Positions 19,470 through 28,617 are shown, counted from the first letter of the stretch. The stretch is DNA of 64,000 bases from a virus (IMGVR_UViG_3300032007_000008); one strand, 5' to 3'. Notes: a model not told the origin generated them from the sequence alone. Numbers and translations are program-made.

Positions 19470-20552
19470 TTATCTTGAGACAGAATCGCGCAGCTCTATC
19501 ATGTAGTCTACGACATCATCCACGTTCGATATGGAATTTGTCTTTGGATTGTACCAAAACGTGTACAGAATATAGAAGATATAAAAAAGTTCGTACAGAT
19601 TTCTCTTTCGTTTGCGTCTGTCCACCACTATCTTATCTTCGGTTACACCCCAATTTGAATAAAACGGAACACCATACGTCTTTACGGTCTTTCCGGCCAT
19701 TAGAGCCTCAAATCCGAATTGGGACGAACATACGTATACAGTATCCGAAATGTTTATCAGAGAATATGGATTGACTGGAAAAGTAACCGGTATAACCCTA
19801 CCGTTTCGGCTCATTCCCTGGTAATAACCCCGTTGGCAAGAACCTCTGCACATCGAATCTGGATGTGTTTTCACAAGTATATCCGAATCTGGATTTTCGT
19901 CTATTGCGTCGGCAAGCATTCTTTTGAAAGTTGAATCGTCTGCGAGACCTTTTGATATGGCGTAGTCTCCATACGACTGGTCGATTACAAGAACCTTTTT
20001 GGAGTGTTTTCCGAAATCGAAGTCTGGCATGGCCAAAGGCTGATGGTTGTATTTCGAAATCTTGTTATTGACTATCTTTTCAATAATCCTCTTTGATTCA
20101 TTCAGCTCGGTGTCTCCGATGTTCAAAGAGTCGTCATTAAGCATGTTTTCAATTCGCGTTGGACGAGTAGCGTCGAAATAATACCCAAGGGTGTCAACCG
20201 TCAGAGAGCACGGCTGTAGCAGATTTTGCGGAATCGCAGAATCAGCCCATGTGCCGTAGCTTCTTATGAAGCCATCTTCACAAAGAAGCAACGCCGTTTC
20301 ATCATGCGCCATTGCATACCGCATCGATGCGAAGTTATTGGCATGAAGGCCGTTTCCCCAAAGAATGGCGGCATCGTAGCTTTTTGAGCTTGGATTGCTA
20401 TTGAATGTGCTTTTTGAGAAAATCTTGTTTATGTGAATCCACCTCTGCGGATTCAATATCGACACAGCCATGTCTTCGTATACAGAAAAATTGCTCTGTA
20501 TGTCTCTTGATGCAAGGGATTCGAGATTTTTTGAAAATTCTGTTTTGTCCAT
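19470..20552 (-). CDS. KpsC-like capsule glycosyltransferase (single beta-Kdo transferase domain)
   Basis: EDGFIRS, YFDATRP, ISKYN, VLVIDQ, VKTHPD, SQFGFEALM, YGVPFYSNWGVTED. Confidence 0.88.
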   Translation of the reverse strand: MDKTEFSKNLESLASRDIQSNFSVYEDMAVSILNPQRWIHINKIFSKSTFNSNPSSKSYDAAILWGNGLHANNFASMRYAMAHDETALLLCEDGFIRSYGTWADSAIPQNLLQPCSLTVDTLGYYFDATRPTRIENMLNDDSLNIGDTELNESKRIIEKIVNNKISKYNHQPLAMPDFDFGKHSKKVLVIDQSYGDYAISKGLADDSTFKRMLADAIDENPDSDILVKTHPDSMCRGSCQRGYYQGMSRNGRVIPVTFPVNPYSLINISDTVYVCSSQFGFEALMAGKTVKTYGVPFYSNWGVTEDKIVVDRRKRKRNLYELFYIFYILYTFWYNPKTNSISNVDDVVDYMIELRDSVSR

Positions 20553-20556
20553 TGGC

Positions 20557-20943
20557 CTATATCCTGACGAACCAGCAGTTGCTCTTGATGCTTTTCGCAT
20601 CGCCCTCTAGTGAATTCTTGTCATATTCTATCGTGGCTATCGCTTCATGCTCTCCGCAGTCTTCGCATACCCCGCTGGAAGACAGACTTTCTGCGAGTTC
20701 CTTTACGGTTATTCCTCCTTTTACATATCCGTCTTCGCACATGAACAGCAAGCAACTGCCTCCTCTGACGTAGCTATCGGAAACAGTCTTTCCGAAATCA
20801 TTTGACGGCACATATTCGATGAACCTCATGAACGTGTCATCGCCATCTATAGTTCCGTTGGCTATGAGGCTTTCAATCTTCCTTGAAAGTTCATTCGGCT
20901 TCCACATGCAGCGACTGATGTCGTCGTAAATTATCGTGACCAT
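20557..20943 (-). CDS. hypothetical protein
   Basis: 128 aa, CxxC. Confidence 0.65.
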   Translation of the reverse strand: MVTIIYDDISRCMWKPNELSRKIESLIANGTIDGDDTFMRFIEYVPSNDFGKTVSDSYVRGGSCLLFMCEDGYVKGGITVKELAESLSSSGVCEDCGEHEAIATIEYDKNSLEGDAKSIKSNCWFVRI

Positions 20944-20975
20944 CTGCTTTCTTTCATCTTTCTCTGAAAATCAAT

Positions 20976-21209
20976 CTATTTTTGGTCATGACGCCCTATT
21001 AGGCTGACTATCGGAAACATTCCAATCCACCATAGAGGCCAAAACACGGAGAACAATATCGAAATGACGAAAATCGCTTCTTCTGACGCGCCCTCCATTC
21101 GGAGATTGTACTTAAACACGTCATTTCCGAAATTTCCGTATTGGATAAAGCAATACGTAAGCATTGCCAAGATAGCCCAAAATCCTACGACTGTCAATGG
21201 TGATATCAT
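20976..21209 (-). CDS. small membrane protein
   Basis: Two hydrophobic segments, FWPLWW. Confidence 0.65.
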   Translation of the reverse strand: MISPLTVVGFWAILAMLTYCFIQYGNFGNDVFKYNLRMEGASEEAIFVISILFSVFWPLWWIGMFPIVSLIGRHDQK

Positions 21210-21236
21210 TCTATATCCGTCCTCTCAATCTGTTCA

Positions 21237-21587
21237 TCACTTCCGGCCTCTTGACATCTTCGCGGAACCCGAGAAATCTGGATGCTTCCTTCTCCAGTCT
21301 ACGAAGGCGTGAAATCTCTCGTTTCCCAAGAGAGCGTCCTTTGTGCAATAGCTTTCCTTCAGCTCGTGGTTCGTGAACATGGCGTGAATCTGCGAATGGC
21401 ATTCTCTGCATATCCATAGAAAGTTCGATTCATCCGTTTTCAGATACTTGTTCTTGTGGCGCGACACCTGTTGGGGAATCAGGTGATGCTTGGTGGTCTT
21501 GCATTTAAGACCGCACAGTTCACATGTGTCGGATTCCGTTGTCATTCTGCCCTTCAATCCTCTTGACGGAACGCCTTCGTAGGCCAT
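21237..21587 (-). CDS. HNH endonuclease-like protein
   Basis: CELCG...TKHHLIP...ICRECHSQIH. Confidence 0.85.
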   Translation of the reverse strand: MAYEGVPSRGLKGRMTTESDTCELCGLKCKTTKHHLIPQQVSRHKNKYLKTDESNFLWICRECHSQIHAMFTNHELKESYCTKDALLGNERFHAFVDWRRKHPDFSGSAKMSRGRK

Positions 21588-21590
21588 CCG

Positions 21591-21806
21591 TCACTTTTCG
21601 AACCAGTTCCCCTGCGAGTCCATGAGGCATTTTGCTCCGCACCAGCGGCAGGTGCCTGTCATGGACGCGCCGTCAAAACCATCCGAAGTGCAGTCATGCC
21701 ACCCCATGATGTCGTGACCCCATTCCTTTCTGAATATGGTGTTGGCCAGTGCCAAGAACGCAATTACAGCAAGGACTATAATCGTAAGTATTGTTGGAAG
21801 CACCAT
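21591..21806 (-). CDS. small membrane protein with zinc finger
   Basis: TM + GWH...CRWCG...DSQGNWF. Confidence 0.7.
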   Translation of the reverse strand: MVLPTILTIIVLAVIAFLALANTIFRKEWGHDIMGWHDCTSDGFDGASMTGTCRWCGAKCLMDSQGNWFEK

Positions 21807-22276
21807 CAGTTCAGAATCTCTTTAAGTATGGATGAAGCGAGCTTTCTGTCGATTCGGCTGCTCTCAGGAAGCTTTCCAAGCTCCTTCATGATTAGGCCGA
21901 AGTTCGCTTTCATCGGCTTGAGCATTCCGTTCGCCATGGCGTTCACGATTGCCTTCTCGGTGTCCTCCCTTCCAAGCATCATCGGAAGAAGAACCTCGAT
22001 GATTGCAAGCTCGGTCTTCTCCTTGTCCGCAAGGTCTGCCCTTCCGGCCTTCTCGAACTGCTCTATCGAGTCGTTATGGGACTTGACAGACTTTCTGAGA
22101 ACCTTCTGGCAAGCCTCATCCGTTATCGGCAAGCCCTTGTTCACGGTTTCGTTCTTCACCTCGGAGAGGATGCTCCTCAAACAATCCCTTTTCAGGTTGT
22201 CCTTCGATATCATCGCTTCCCGTATCTCGTGGTTTATGATGTCTATGAGCTTCCACTCCTTGTTTTCTGTCGTCAT
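21806..22276 (-). CDS. GatB/YqeY domain protein
   Basis: IREAM, LRSILSE, DSIEQFEKAGRADLADKE, FGLIMK. Confidence 0.88.
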   Translation of the reverse strand: MTTENKEWKLIDIINHEIREAMISKDNLKRDCLRSILSEVKNETVNKGLPITDEACQKVLRKSVKSHNDSIEQFEKAGRADLADKEKTELAIIEVLLPMMLGREDTEKAIVNAMANGMLKPMKANFGLIMKELGKLPESSRIDRKLASSILKEILN

Positions 22277-22302
22277 TGTCTGTTGTTCCTTTTCGCTGTT
22301 TG

Positions 22303-22602
22303 TCAAAATGGATATGATATTCCTATTTTTAGGCACGTCTGCTCGATTTCGTCCGTGTGTCTTTTCTGCAACGTTTCAAGTTCCTTTCCATATGGAACGT
22401 CCTTGTCGAACGCGGTATCCGGGCATCCGTGGTAGTTGCGGTACATGCACGAGAGGTGGTCGTCGCATCCGCTGTCGTGGACGTTGTTGCATGAACGGTG
22501 CTGGAAATGTCCAGGGGAAAAGCATTCCCTTCCCGGACAGTTGCGGTCGCAGCATTCGACTTCCGCATGGTTTCCGTTAGATAGCCTGCATTTTACTTTC
22601 AT
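22303..22602 (-). CDS. Cys/His-rich hypothetical protein
   Basis: 99 aa with AAGAGG RBS. Confidence 0.6.
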   Translation of the reverse strand: MKVKCRLSNGNHAEVECCDRNCPGRECFSPGHFQHRSCNNVHDSGCDDHLSCMYRNYHGCPDTAFDKDVPYGKELETLQKRHTDEIEQTCLKIGISYPF

Positions 22603-22663
22603 CAGAATCCTCTTAGTCTATTATGAGATATGTACTGTGTGAACAGTCATCACATCTGAATGT

Positions 22664-22969
22664 TCATTCTCCGAACCTCTTCCTCAAGAAACCAATTAAG
22701 ACGAACAGACCGACGATTAGGCATATTGAGCCTACGGCAACTGTATGCTGTACGATGACCCCAATCACGGCAACAATAAACACAAGGCATGTTACCAAAG
22801 CCACGCAGAACATGGCCAGTCCAATCAGTACGGACAGACCATATGAAACTGGGTGCAACTCGTCTGGATTCCATAAGTCGTCCGACAGCAACACGATGTG
22901 CGGAATCATCGACAGTAAATCAAGGACGAAAAACATCCTATCTGCAACTTTCTTTAACAGTTTCTTCAT
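22664..22969 (-). CDS. membrane protein
   Basis: Three hydrophobic segments. Confidence 0.65.
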   Translation of the reverse strand: MKKLLKKVADRMFFVLDLLSMIPHIVLLSDDLWNPDELHPVSYGLSVLIGLAMFCVALVTCLVFIVAVIGVIVQHTVAVGSICLIVGLFVLIGFLRKRFGE

Positions 22970-23391
22970 ATTGGCTCTCCGTTACCGTCATATTCCTCAA
23001 ACCTCTCCAGTTCGGAATCCTCAAACCAGATTTTCTCGTAGCCATATGGATAGACAGGCCCCATGAGAGTATGGCATCCGCTTGACGAGCAGCTGTTCAC
23101 GGTCTCGATTTCAAGGAGAGACCTGCCGTTCACCGAATCCAGAATTTGACCGCGCTTTCCACGGTGATGTGCGTTTCCATTGGTCAACTTCACCCTGGCG
23201 TATTTCTTGCCAGCTCGTTCCCTCTTTTGACGCGCCTCGCGTTCCTCTTTCGTCTCCACCAACATTGTGGGGATGAATGGACAAAAAATGGTTTCGCTCT
23301 TGGCTGGCTTCCCCCTCCAACCAACCAAAACCGCATCCACTTTGCCCATGGAGTCGGGGATTTTCAACTTGCCATTCTCAAACAACGCCAT
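22966..23391 (-). CDS. hypothetical protein
   Basis: 141 aa, AAGGAG RBS. Confidence 0.65.
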   Translation of the reverse strand: MALFENGKLKIPDSMGKVDAVLVGWRGKPAKSETIFCPFIPTMLVETKEEREARQKRERAGKKYARVKLTNGNAHHRGKRGQILDSVNGRSLLEIETVNSCSSSGCHTLMGPVYPYGYEKIWFEDSELERFEEYDGNGEPI

Positions 23392-23474
23392 AGGCAGGCT
23401 CCTTCTCCCCTTTTGAACTCGCCATGGCTCTTGCCGTAGAGAAGTTCGGTGTGGATTTCAAGCTCGCGTCCATG

Positions 23475-23795
23475 CTATTCGTCAACCTTGATGAACTTCT
23501 TGTCAAATTCCTTGGACGTCCAGACCTGAGCATAACATGTTCCACGTTCCCAATCATCATATGCCGTCACAACATCTCCAATCTGGACATATTCAGGCTT
23601 GACACGTTTTACCCCTTCGGATTTGTCCTTGAACGACAAAACGCCCTTCCTCATGTTCCAGCTCCATGTCATGTTGAACTTTCTTGCGAACTCGTCAATC
23701 TCTTCCTCGTTGGAGAGATACCACCCATTTTTGTCCTTGAAGCCCTGTATGAAGATGGCGTAGTAAATCGGGCTTTTCATCATGTATGTGTTCAT
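23475..23795 (-). CDS. hypothetical protein
   Basis: 106 aa. Confidence 0.65.
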   Translation of the reverse strand: MNTYMMKSPIYYAIFIQGFKDKNGWYLSNEEEIDEFARKFNMTWSWNMRKGVLSFKDKSEGVKRVKPEYVQIGDVVTAYDDWERGTCYAQVWTSKEFDKKFIKVDE

Positions 23796-23834
23796 TTGTC
23801 TTACTTCTCCTCGGATTCCACGTTCGCGTCCATG

Positions 23835-24344
23835 CTATTCGTCATCCTTGCTGTACGGAAGCTGCGCCCATACGAGCTGGCACTGAACCCCATGCTTGTA
23901 CGCTTCGCAGTTCTTGCAGGGCGAATTGTCTCGCTTGCAGCAGAAATTCTCATATCTCCTGTTCTGTTCCACAGTTGTTCCGACATCGCAGTTCCTCGGA
24001 TTCTTGGCCAGGACTCTTTCCAGCCTGTCGAGCATGGCCTTCGCAGAACCGTCATCTCCGTCTTCGGCAACCCTTCCCTTGAGGTATAGCCGAACGGCCT
24101 CCATCGTCTTTCTGCATTCTGCGAAATCCTGCCCCTTCGACAGAAACCGCGTCTTAAGTCCCTTCAGCCATTCGGTGGTGCGGCACCGCGTATAGCTTCT
24201 CTGTCCGTTCGTTATCGACATGCTGACATGCCAAAGAGCGGTTTCCAGCATCTTGCTGTCGTCGTCGTTCCATCTTGTGCAGAAGTCTCCTTCCACTTCT
24301 CCGAGCTTCGTGCTCGCGTTTCTGTTTCTGACCGTATTGTTCAT
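23835..24344 (-). CDS. hypothetical protein (PRNCD motif)
   Basis: NPRNCDVG...CxxC...WAQLPY; motif shared with 24805..25155. Confidence 0.7.
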   Translation of the reverse strand: MNNTVRNRNASTKLGEVEGDFCTRWNDDDSKMLETALWHVSMSITNGQRSYTRCRTTEWLKGLKTRFLSKGQDFAECRKTMEAVRLYLKGRVAEDGDDGSAKAMLDRLERVLAKNPRNCDVGTTVEQNRRYENFCCKRDNSPCKNCEAYKHGVQCQLVWAQLPYSKDDE

Positions 24345-24538
24345 CCTTTTCTCCTTTCGGTATTTTTGGTTTCCATTTTCGCGCCGCAGTTCGGACAGAA
24401 GCGGAATTCGTCCGCAAAGCTGTCGATTTCCCGCTTCGCCTCAGAAGTGCTGTCCCATCCGGCGTATTCCGAATGTCCGCATGCCGAGCAGTATGCGTAC
24501 TCGTATTCGGGTCCTGTAGTCCAACGTCCCTTTTTCAT
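24341..24538 (-). CDS. zinc-ribbon protein
   Basis: GRW...YCSACG...FCPNCGAKM. Confidence 0.75.
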   Translation of the reverse strand: MKKGRWTTGPEYEYAYCSACGHSEYAGWDSTSEAKREIDSFADEFRFCPNCGAKMETKNTERRKG

Positions 24539-24553
24539 GCTCCGCCTCGGTTT

Positions 24554-24808
24554 TCAGTATGTCTCCTCTGCCGTGAACGAATCATCGTCTCTTGCGTCGC
24601 AGCAGCTGCATCTCTTGACGCAGTAGGTTCCTCCAAGTCCGCCGTAGGACCTCCACTCCCAGTTGTGGTGTCCCCTTATGCGGCAAACGATTCCTCCGAG
24701 CCACACCCTCAGCTTGTAGAGATAGTAATCGCCTATGTCAGAATCGGATATTCCGTAGATGGCTACGGCTACCACTGCGACCAGTATAAGAACAATAGGA
24801 ACTGTCAT
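24554..24808 (-). CDS. membrane-anchored zinc-finger protein
   Basis: TM + CRIRGHHNW...CSCC. Confidence 0.65.
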   Translation of the reverse strand: MTVPIVLILVAVVAVAIYGISDSDIGDYYLYKLRVWLGGIVCRIRGHHNWEWRSYGGLGGTYCVKRCSCCDARDDDSFTAEETY

Positions 24809-25155
24809 GCCTTTTGCGTCTCCTCTTTTGCGTTTTCGTTTTCAGTTTCAGAACCTTCCGCCGAGGCACCGTAAGCCGCCTCTTTCAGAAGCCACCACGC
24901 CATGTTGTTGACACCGTATGCGAATTCGGGATTTCCTCCGGAATACGGCGACTCGTCAACGGCTGTCTTCGAGTTTTCGTACAGGTCGCAGTTTCTTGGA
25001 GGGTTTGACGCGATTGCCTCGTTCGCCGACATCTCTATCTGCCTCAGAACGTCCCTTGCGGAAGCGGAATCGAGCGTCTTCTCTCCGTCAAGGTACGACA
25101 CGGCAAGCTCCCTTATTACAGACAGCGTGTTCTTCAATGCACCGTATGTCGTCAT
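24805..25155 (-). CDS. hypothetical protein (PRNCD motif)
   Basis: PPRNCDLY. Confidence 0.65.
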   Translation of the reverse strand: MTTYGALKNTLSVIRELAVSYLDGEKTLDSASARDVLRQIEMSANEAIASNPPRNCDLYENSKTAVDESPYSGGNPEFAYGVNNMAWWLLKEAAYGASAEGSETENENAKEETQKA

Positions 25156-25445
25156 CCCTCTTCCTCCTCTGCCTTCCAGCCGTTGTTCGTCCTGGCCTCT
25201 TCGACCAGCCTGAGAATCTTTCTGCTACAGTCGTTGACCTTCAGGACAAGCTCGTAGTGCTCCTTCTGCTGTCTCTCGCTCCAGCCTTCTGAGCTTCCGT
25301 TTTCGTCTCCGAAACCCCAAAGCTCCTTTTGCGCGTCTTCTTTCGACCCCAACGCCTCAACAAGCTCCTTGAGAATCTCAGAATTGTCCCTTCCGCTTTT
25401 TTCAAAAAACATGCCTTCAAACCTCTTTTTCGTGCCGTTTTGCAA
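25152..25445 (-). CDS. hypothetical protein
   Basis: In operon; exact start uncertain. Confidence 0.55.
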   Translation of the reverse strand: MQNGTKKRFEGMFFEKSGRDNSEILKELVEALGSKEDAQKELWGFGDENGSSEGWSERQQKEHYELVLKVNDCSRKILRLVEEARTNNGWKAEEEEG

Positions 25446-25446
25446 A

Positions 25447-25632
25447 TCAGAGCGTTATTCCGCCGTCGTTCGCCCTTGCGGTGGCTATCGCCAGGTCTAT
25501 CTTGGCGCACAGCTTCTCCGAAGTCATGAGGGTCTCGCCGTCCCTCCACCACACGGCTCCGCGTATGGACTCAAGGTAGAATTTCGCGTCGTCAAGCGCG
25601 TCGAGAAGAATCTGCACGTTCTTTCCGTCCAT
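25447..25632 (-). CDS. hypothetical protein
   Basis: 61 aa. Confidence 0.6.
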   Translation of the reverse strand: MDGKNVQILLDALDDAKFYLESIRGAVWWRDGETLMTSEKLCAKIDLAIATARANDGGITL

Positions 25633-25643
25633 CGCACTACCCC

Positions 25644-25808
25644 CTACTTCCTGTTGTCAACAAGCTCTTCCAGTATGCCGAGCAGTTCAGCCGCAGCAAG
25701 ACCGGCGCAAAGAGCCGCGACGCTTCCGCCGAAGAAGCACCATGCGCATGCCAAAATCCTTATGGCAGACTTCACGACGCTTACAACGAGATGGCCGGTG
25801 GAGTTCAT
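25644..25808 (-). CDS. small membrane protein
   Basis: Manual translation MNSTGHLVVSVVKSAIRIL...AELLGILEELV; first gene after the promoter at 25864-25892. Confidence 0.6.
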   Translation of the reverse strand: MNSTGHLVVSVVKSAIRILACAWCFFGGSVAALCAGLAAAELLGILEELVDNRK

Positions 25809-25863
25809 ATGCGACTTGCCGTCCTTTCCGAAATTTTCGAGTATTTTTCCATGACGGCGAGCA

Positions 25864-25892
25864 TTATACCATCTTTCCGCCTTTTCCGCAAC
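25864..25892 (-). promoter_or_regulatory. sigma70-type promoter of the 25.8-19.5 kb leftward operon
   Basis: TTGCGG-17bp-TATAAT on minus strand. Confidence 0.65.
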
Positions 25893-25914
25893 GGGTTTTC
25901 TTGAGAAAATCGCA

Positions 25915-27015
25915 GTGAAACCCTAAATATGGACAAAGGGTCGCATTGCATTCGACAGGGAAACGACCAAAGAAGGAAAACAAACACGATGTCATACAGC
26001 AAGACAAACAGAACGATAGCGGAGGTGGCGTAATGCTTATAGCGGGGAGAAATACGATGCTCAAAGAGGGGGGGGGGGGCTGGTGCCAAGAAATATATCC
26101 AAGATGGGCTTATTGCGATGTGGGACGGAATCGAAAACGCTGGTTGGAGAAAGCATGACGATAATATACTGACATGGAAAAATCTCGGCTCGCTTGGAAG
26201 TGACTATGACGCAACTAGACAAAGCGGTGCATGGCAAAAAGACGGAGCTATTATATCCACCGACATGGGTAATTCTACCGTTTTTGTCATTCCAAATAAT
26301 ATTATGGGCGGGCAAATGAAAGGCGAATGGACTTACGAAATAGGCTTCACGCCAACGCATAAATGGAAATCGAACTATCATGGACTCTTGGGCAATCACA
26401 TCAACCAGAAAGGTATAGTAGGCGGTCAATATGAAAATGGAGAAATTGTGTTCAACCTATTTTCTCCAGTCGTACAGCTTTATAGAGTGCGAGCAGATGT
26501 TTTTGAAGATAATATCAGACATACGATTTCGCAAGCTGCGTCAAATACATCTCGAACCGCAACTACGTGGAAAGATGGGGCTATAGTAAGTTTATCTACA
26601 GATGTGGATGTTCTTTTGACCATAACCTCGCCTTATGCCTTCATCGGGTCTGCGGAGGGCGATAGAGTAGCCGGTACAGACCGTGTTTTCGACGGTGTGA
26701 TACATTTCCTGCGCATCTACAACCGCAAATTGACAGACAAAGAAGAAAAACACAACCATTCCATTGATAAGATTCGCTATGGACTTCCGTCATGACATGA
26801 GATTCATGGACTGCTGCGGCTGAAACCAGACCACAAAGCAACTCTCCGCCGCGCATTAGCCATTCCGCCAAGCGCAGATGCTTATCGAACGGCGGCGCAT
26901 CACCACGCTTAAACCACGGTGAAACCCTAAATATGGGCAAAGGGACGCATTGCGTCCGACAAGGAAAAACGAACACGATGTCATACAACAAGACGGACAG
27001 GACGATAGCGGAGGC
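25915..27015 (+). repeat. ~110 bp imperfect direct repeat (25915-26025 vs 26919-27015): late promoter + leader + first 12 codons
   Basis: GTGAAACCCTAAATATGG...ACACGATGTCATAC...GATAGCGGAGG in both copies. Confidence 0.85.
26033..26795 (+). CDS. LamG/concanavalin-like protein, frameshifted at a G12 tract (26068-26079)
   Basis: Removing one G joins MLIAGRNTMLKEGGG to AGAKKYIQDGLIAMWDGIENAG; C-terminal FDGVIHFLRIYNRKLT is LamG-like. Confidence 0.7.
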
Positions 27016-28549
27016 TTACGGAAAGATGCTCTGCGGAGAGGGAAGGCGGCCGGACGAGGGAAAGGCCGAACGGATAGCCGCCGACAGGATGAAGGACGGG
27101 CTTGAGGCCGACGGCGAAGAGAGGCAGGACGCACAGACGGGGCAGGCCCTGAACGACGCCGCGCTCAAGGTCAAGGAGCTTATAGGGTGGAATCCGGTCG
27201 GCGGAGTGTGCATCGTCGGCGGTTCGTTCCGTCCGAAGTACGGCGGACGCGGATGGAACGGAAACGGATTCGCGCCGATGACCCTTGAGCAGTTCGTGTC
27301 GTCGGCGGTGCGCTGCTGCACGGCTGAGGCTCACGATGTCGTCAGGCAGACTGCGGACATAGTAGGCTCGGAGGTCTACCTTGCTGACGAGAACACCTTC
27401 CAGGGACTCGTCAAGGATGTCATGGCCGACGGAATGACGGCTGACGACTACCCCGAGTACTACATGCACAGCGTCGCGCTCGTGTACCACGGTCACGACG
27501 GCTCGCTGACGCTCATGGAGATTCTGAACGACTCCTACTACGGACAGCAGCCCTTCCTCTTCGAAGACCCTAGGGGTCGCGACTTCATACTTTCCAAGAT
27601 TCTCGAAGCCTATCCGTTCCTCAGGCCGTATGCCGACAATTCCGACAGGCGCTTCATCGGCTTCACGCTTCCTCCGTCCCTGTCCAGGGACATAGAGGGC
27701 GCGGTGGCGAAGAGGGGGCAGAGACAGCCTTCCCTCGCCGACAGCGAATGGGAGGAGAGGAACGTCTACGACAAGTTCGACCCAAGAACGGGAGAGTACG
27801 ACACGCAGTACAACATCGACGTGAGGAACGCCTACAGGGACAGGTATGGCGACGGCGATGGAGACGGCAAAAAGGAAACGGGAGGAAAGGTCTCGGAATC
27901 GTCAGCCCCATACGGGGACGACGACAGCATAAGGGACGTTGCCGCATGGTTCGGAGAGTGGCTTGAATCCTACGAGGACGGAAGCGAGACTTTCGCCGGA
28001 GACCACGGCTGGATTCTGAAAAGGCTTCTCAAGATAAAGGATTGGATGTACGCCAAGCTCGACGAGGAGCCTGTCGAGGGGGAGATGTCCGAATCGAGGG
28101 GTTTCGTCAGGAAGCTCGCCAACGGATGCTCGCTCCACGACCTCGGAGACGTTTTCGTGGTCACGGACAGGAACGGAAGGAACATAGGGCAGTGCAGAAC
28201 GGAAACCGAAGCCGAAGGCATAGCGGAAGAGCAGTCGGAAAGGTGGGAGCTTAAGGACGGCAGGCACATACCGCCTTCCGCAAACCTCTCAGACCCCGAG
28301 GAGAACCGATATTGGCAGAAGAAGTACAATGCAGCCAAGGACATGGAAGAATACGAAAAGCTCGCGTTCAGGTTCATCCATGGCGGAGGTCCGATAACGA
28401 AGATTTCGCTCGAAAGGCTTGCAGACCTCGCGGAGAAGTTCGGAAACCTGAAGCTCAGCTCGTTCATAAGGGACAACAGGGAGTCCCTGTATTGGGGGAT
28501 AGACCACCCTGACGGATGGGATGCCGCAAGGATGAGATACCAGCCCTAA
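26978..28549 (+). CDS. putative late/internal head protein (IxxAY leader family)
   Basis: CTAAATA at 26927; leader MSYNKTDRTIAEAYGKM; internal VSES, MSES. Confidence 0.75.
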   Translation: MSYNKTDRTIAEAYGKMLCGEGRRPDEGKAERIAADRMKDGLEADGEERQDAQTGQALNDAALKVKELIGWNPVGGVCIVGGSFRPKYGGRGWNGNGFAPMTLEQFVSSAVRCCTAEAHDVVRQTADIVGSEVYLADENTFQGLVKDVMADGMTADDYPEYYMHSVALVYHGHDGSLTLMEILNDSYYGQQPFLFEDPRGRDFILSKILEAYPFLRPYADNSDRRFIGFTLPPSLSRDIEGAVAKRGQRQPSLADSEWEERNVYDKFDPRTGEYDTQYNIDVRNAYRDRYGDGDGDGKKETGGKVSESSAPYGDDDSIRDVAAWFGEWLESYEDGSETFAGDHGWILKRLLKIKDWMYAKLDEEPVEGEMSESRGFVRKLANGCSLHDLGDVFVVTDRNGRNIGQCRTETEAEGIAEEQSERWELKDGRHIPPSANLSDPEENRYWQKKYNAAKDMEEYEKLAFRFIHGGGPITKISLERLADLAEKFGNLKLSSFIRDNRESLYWGIDHPDGWDAARMRYQP

Positions 28550-28576
28550 AACAGAGGGGCATGGGTAGGGCAGACG

Positions 28577-28617
28577 AGGGGTTCGCAGACGGTTGCGAAC
28601 CCTTTCGTTTTTTTTTT
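28577..28617 (+). terminator. intrinsic terminator
   Basis: GGGTTCGCA...TGCGAACCC then T run. Confidence 0.7.

Noticed and set aside
21237-21587. HNH gene as intron-encoded homing endonuclease
   Set aside because: Free-standing in an operon of small genes; no interrupted host gene or intron structure seen
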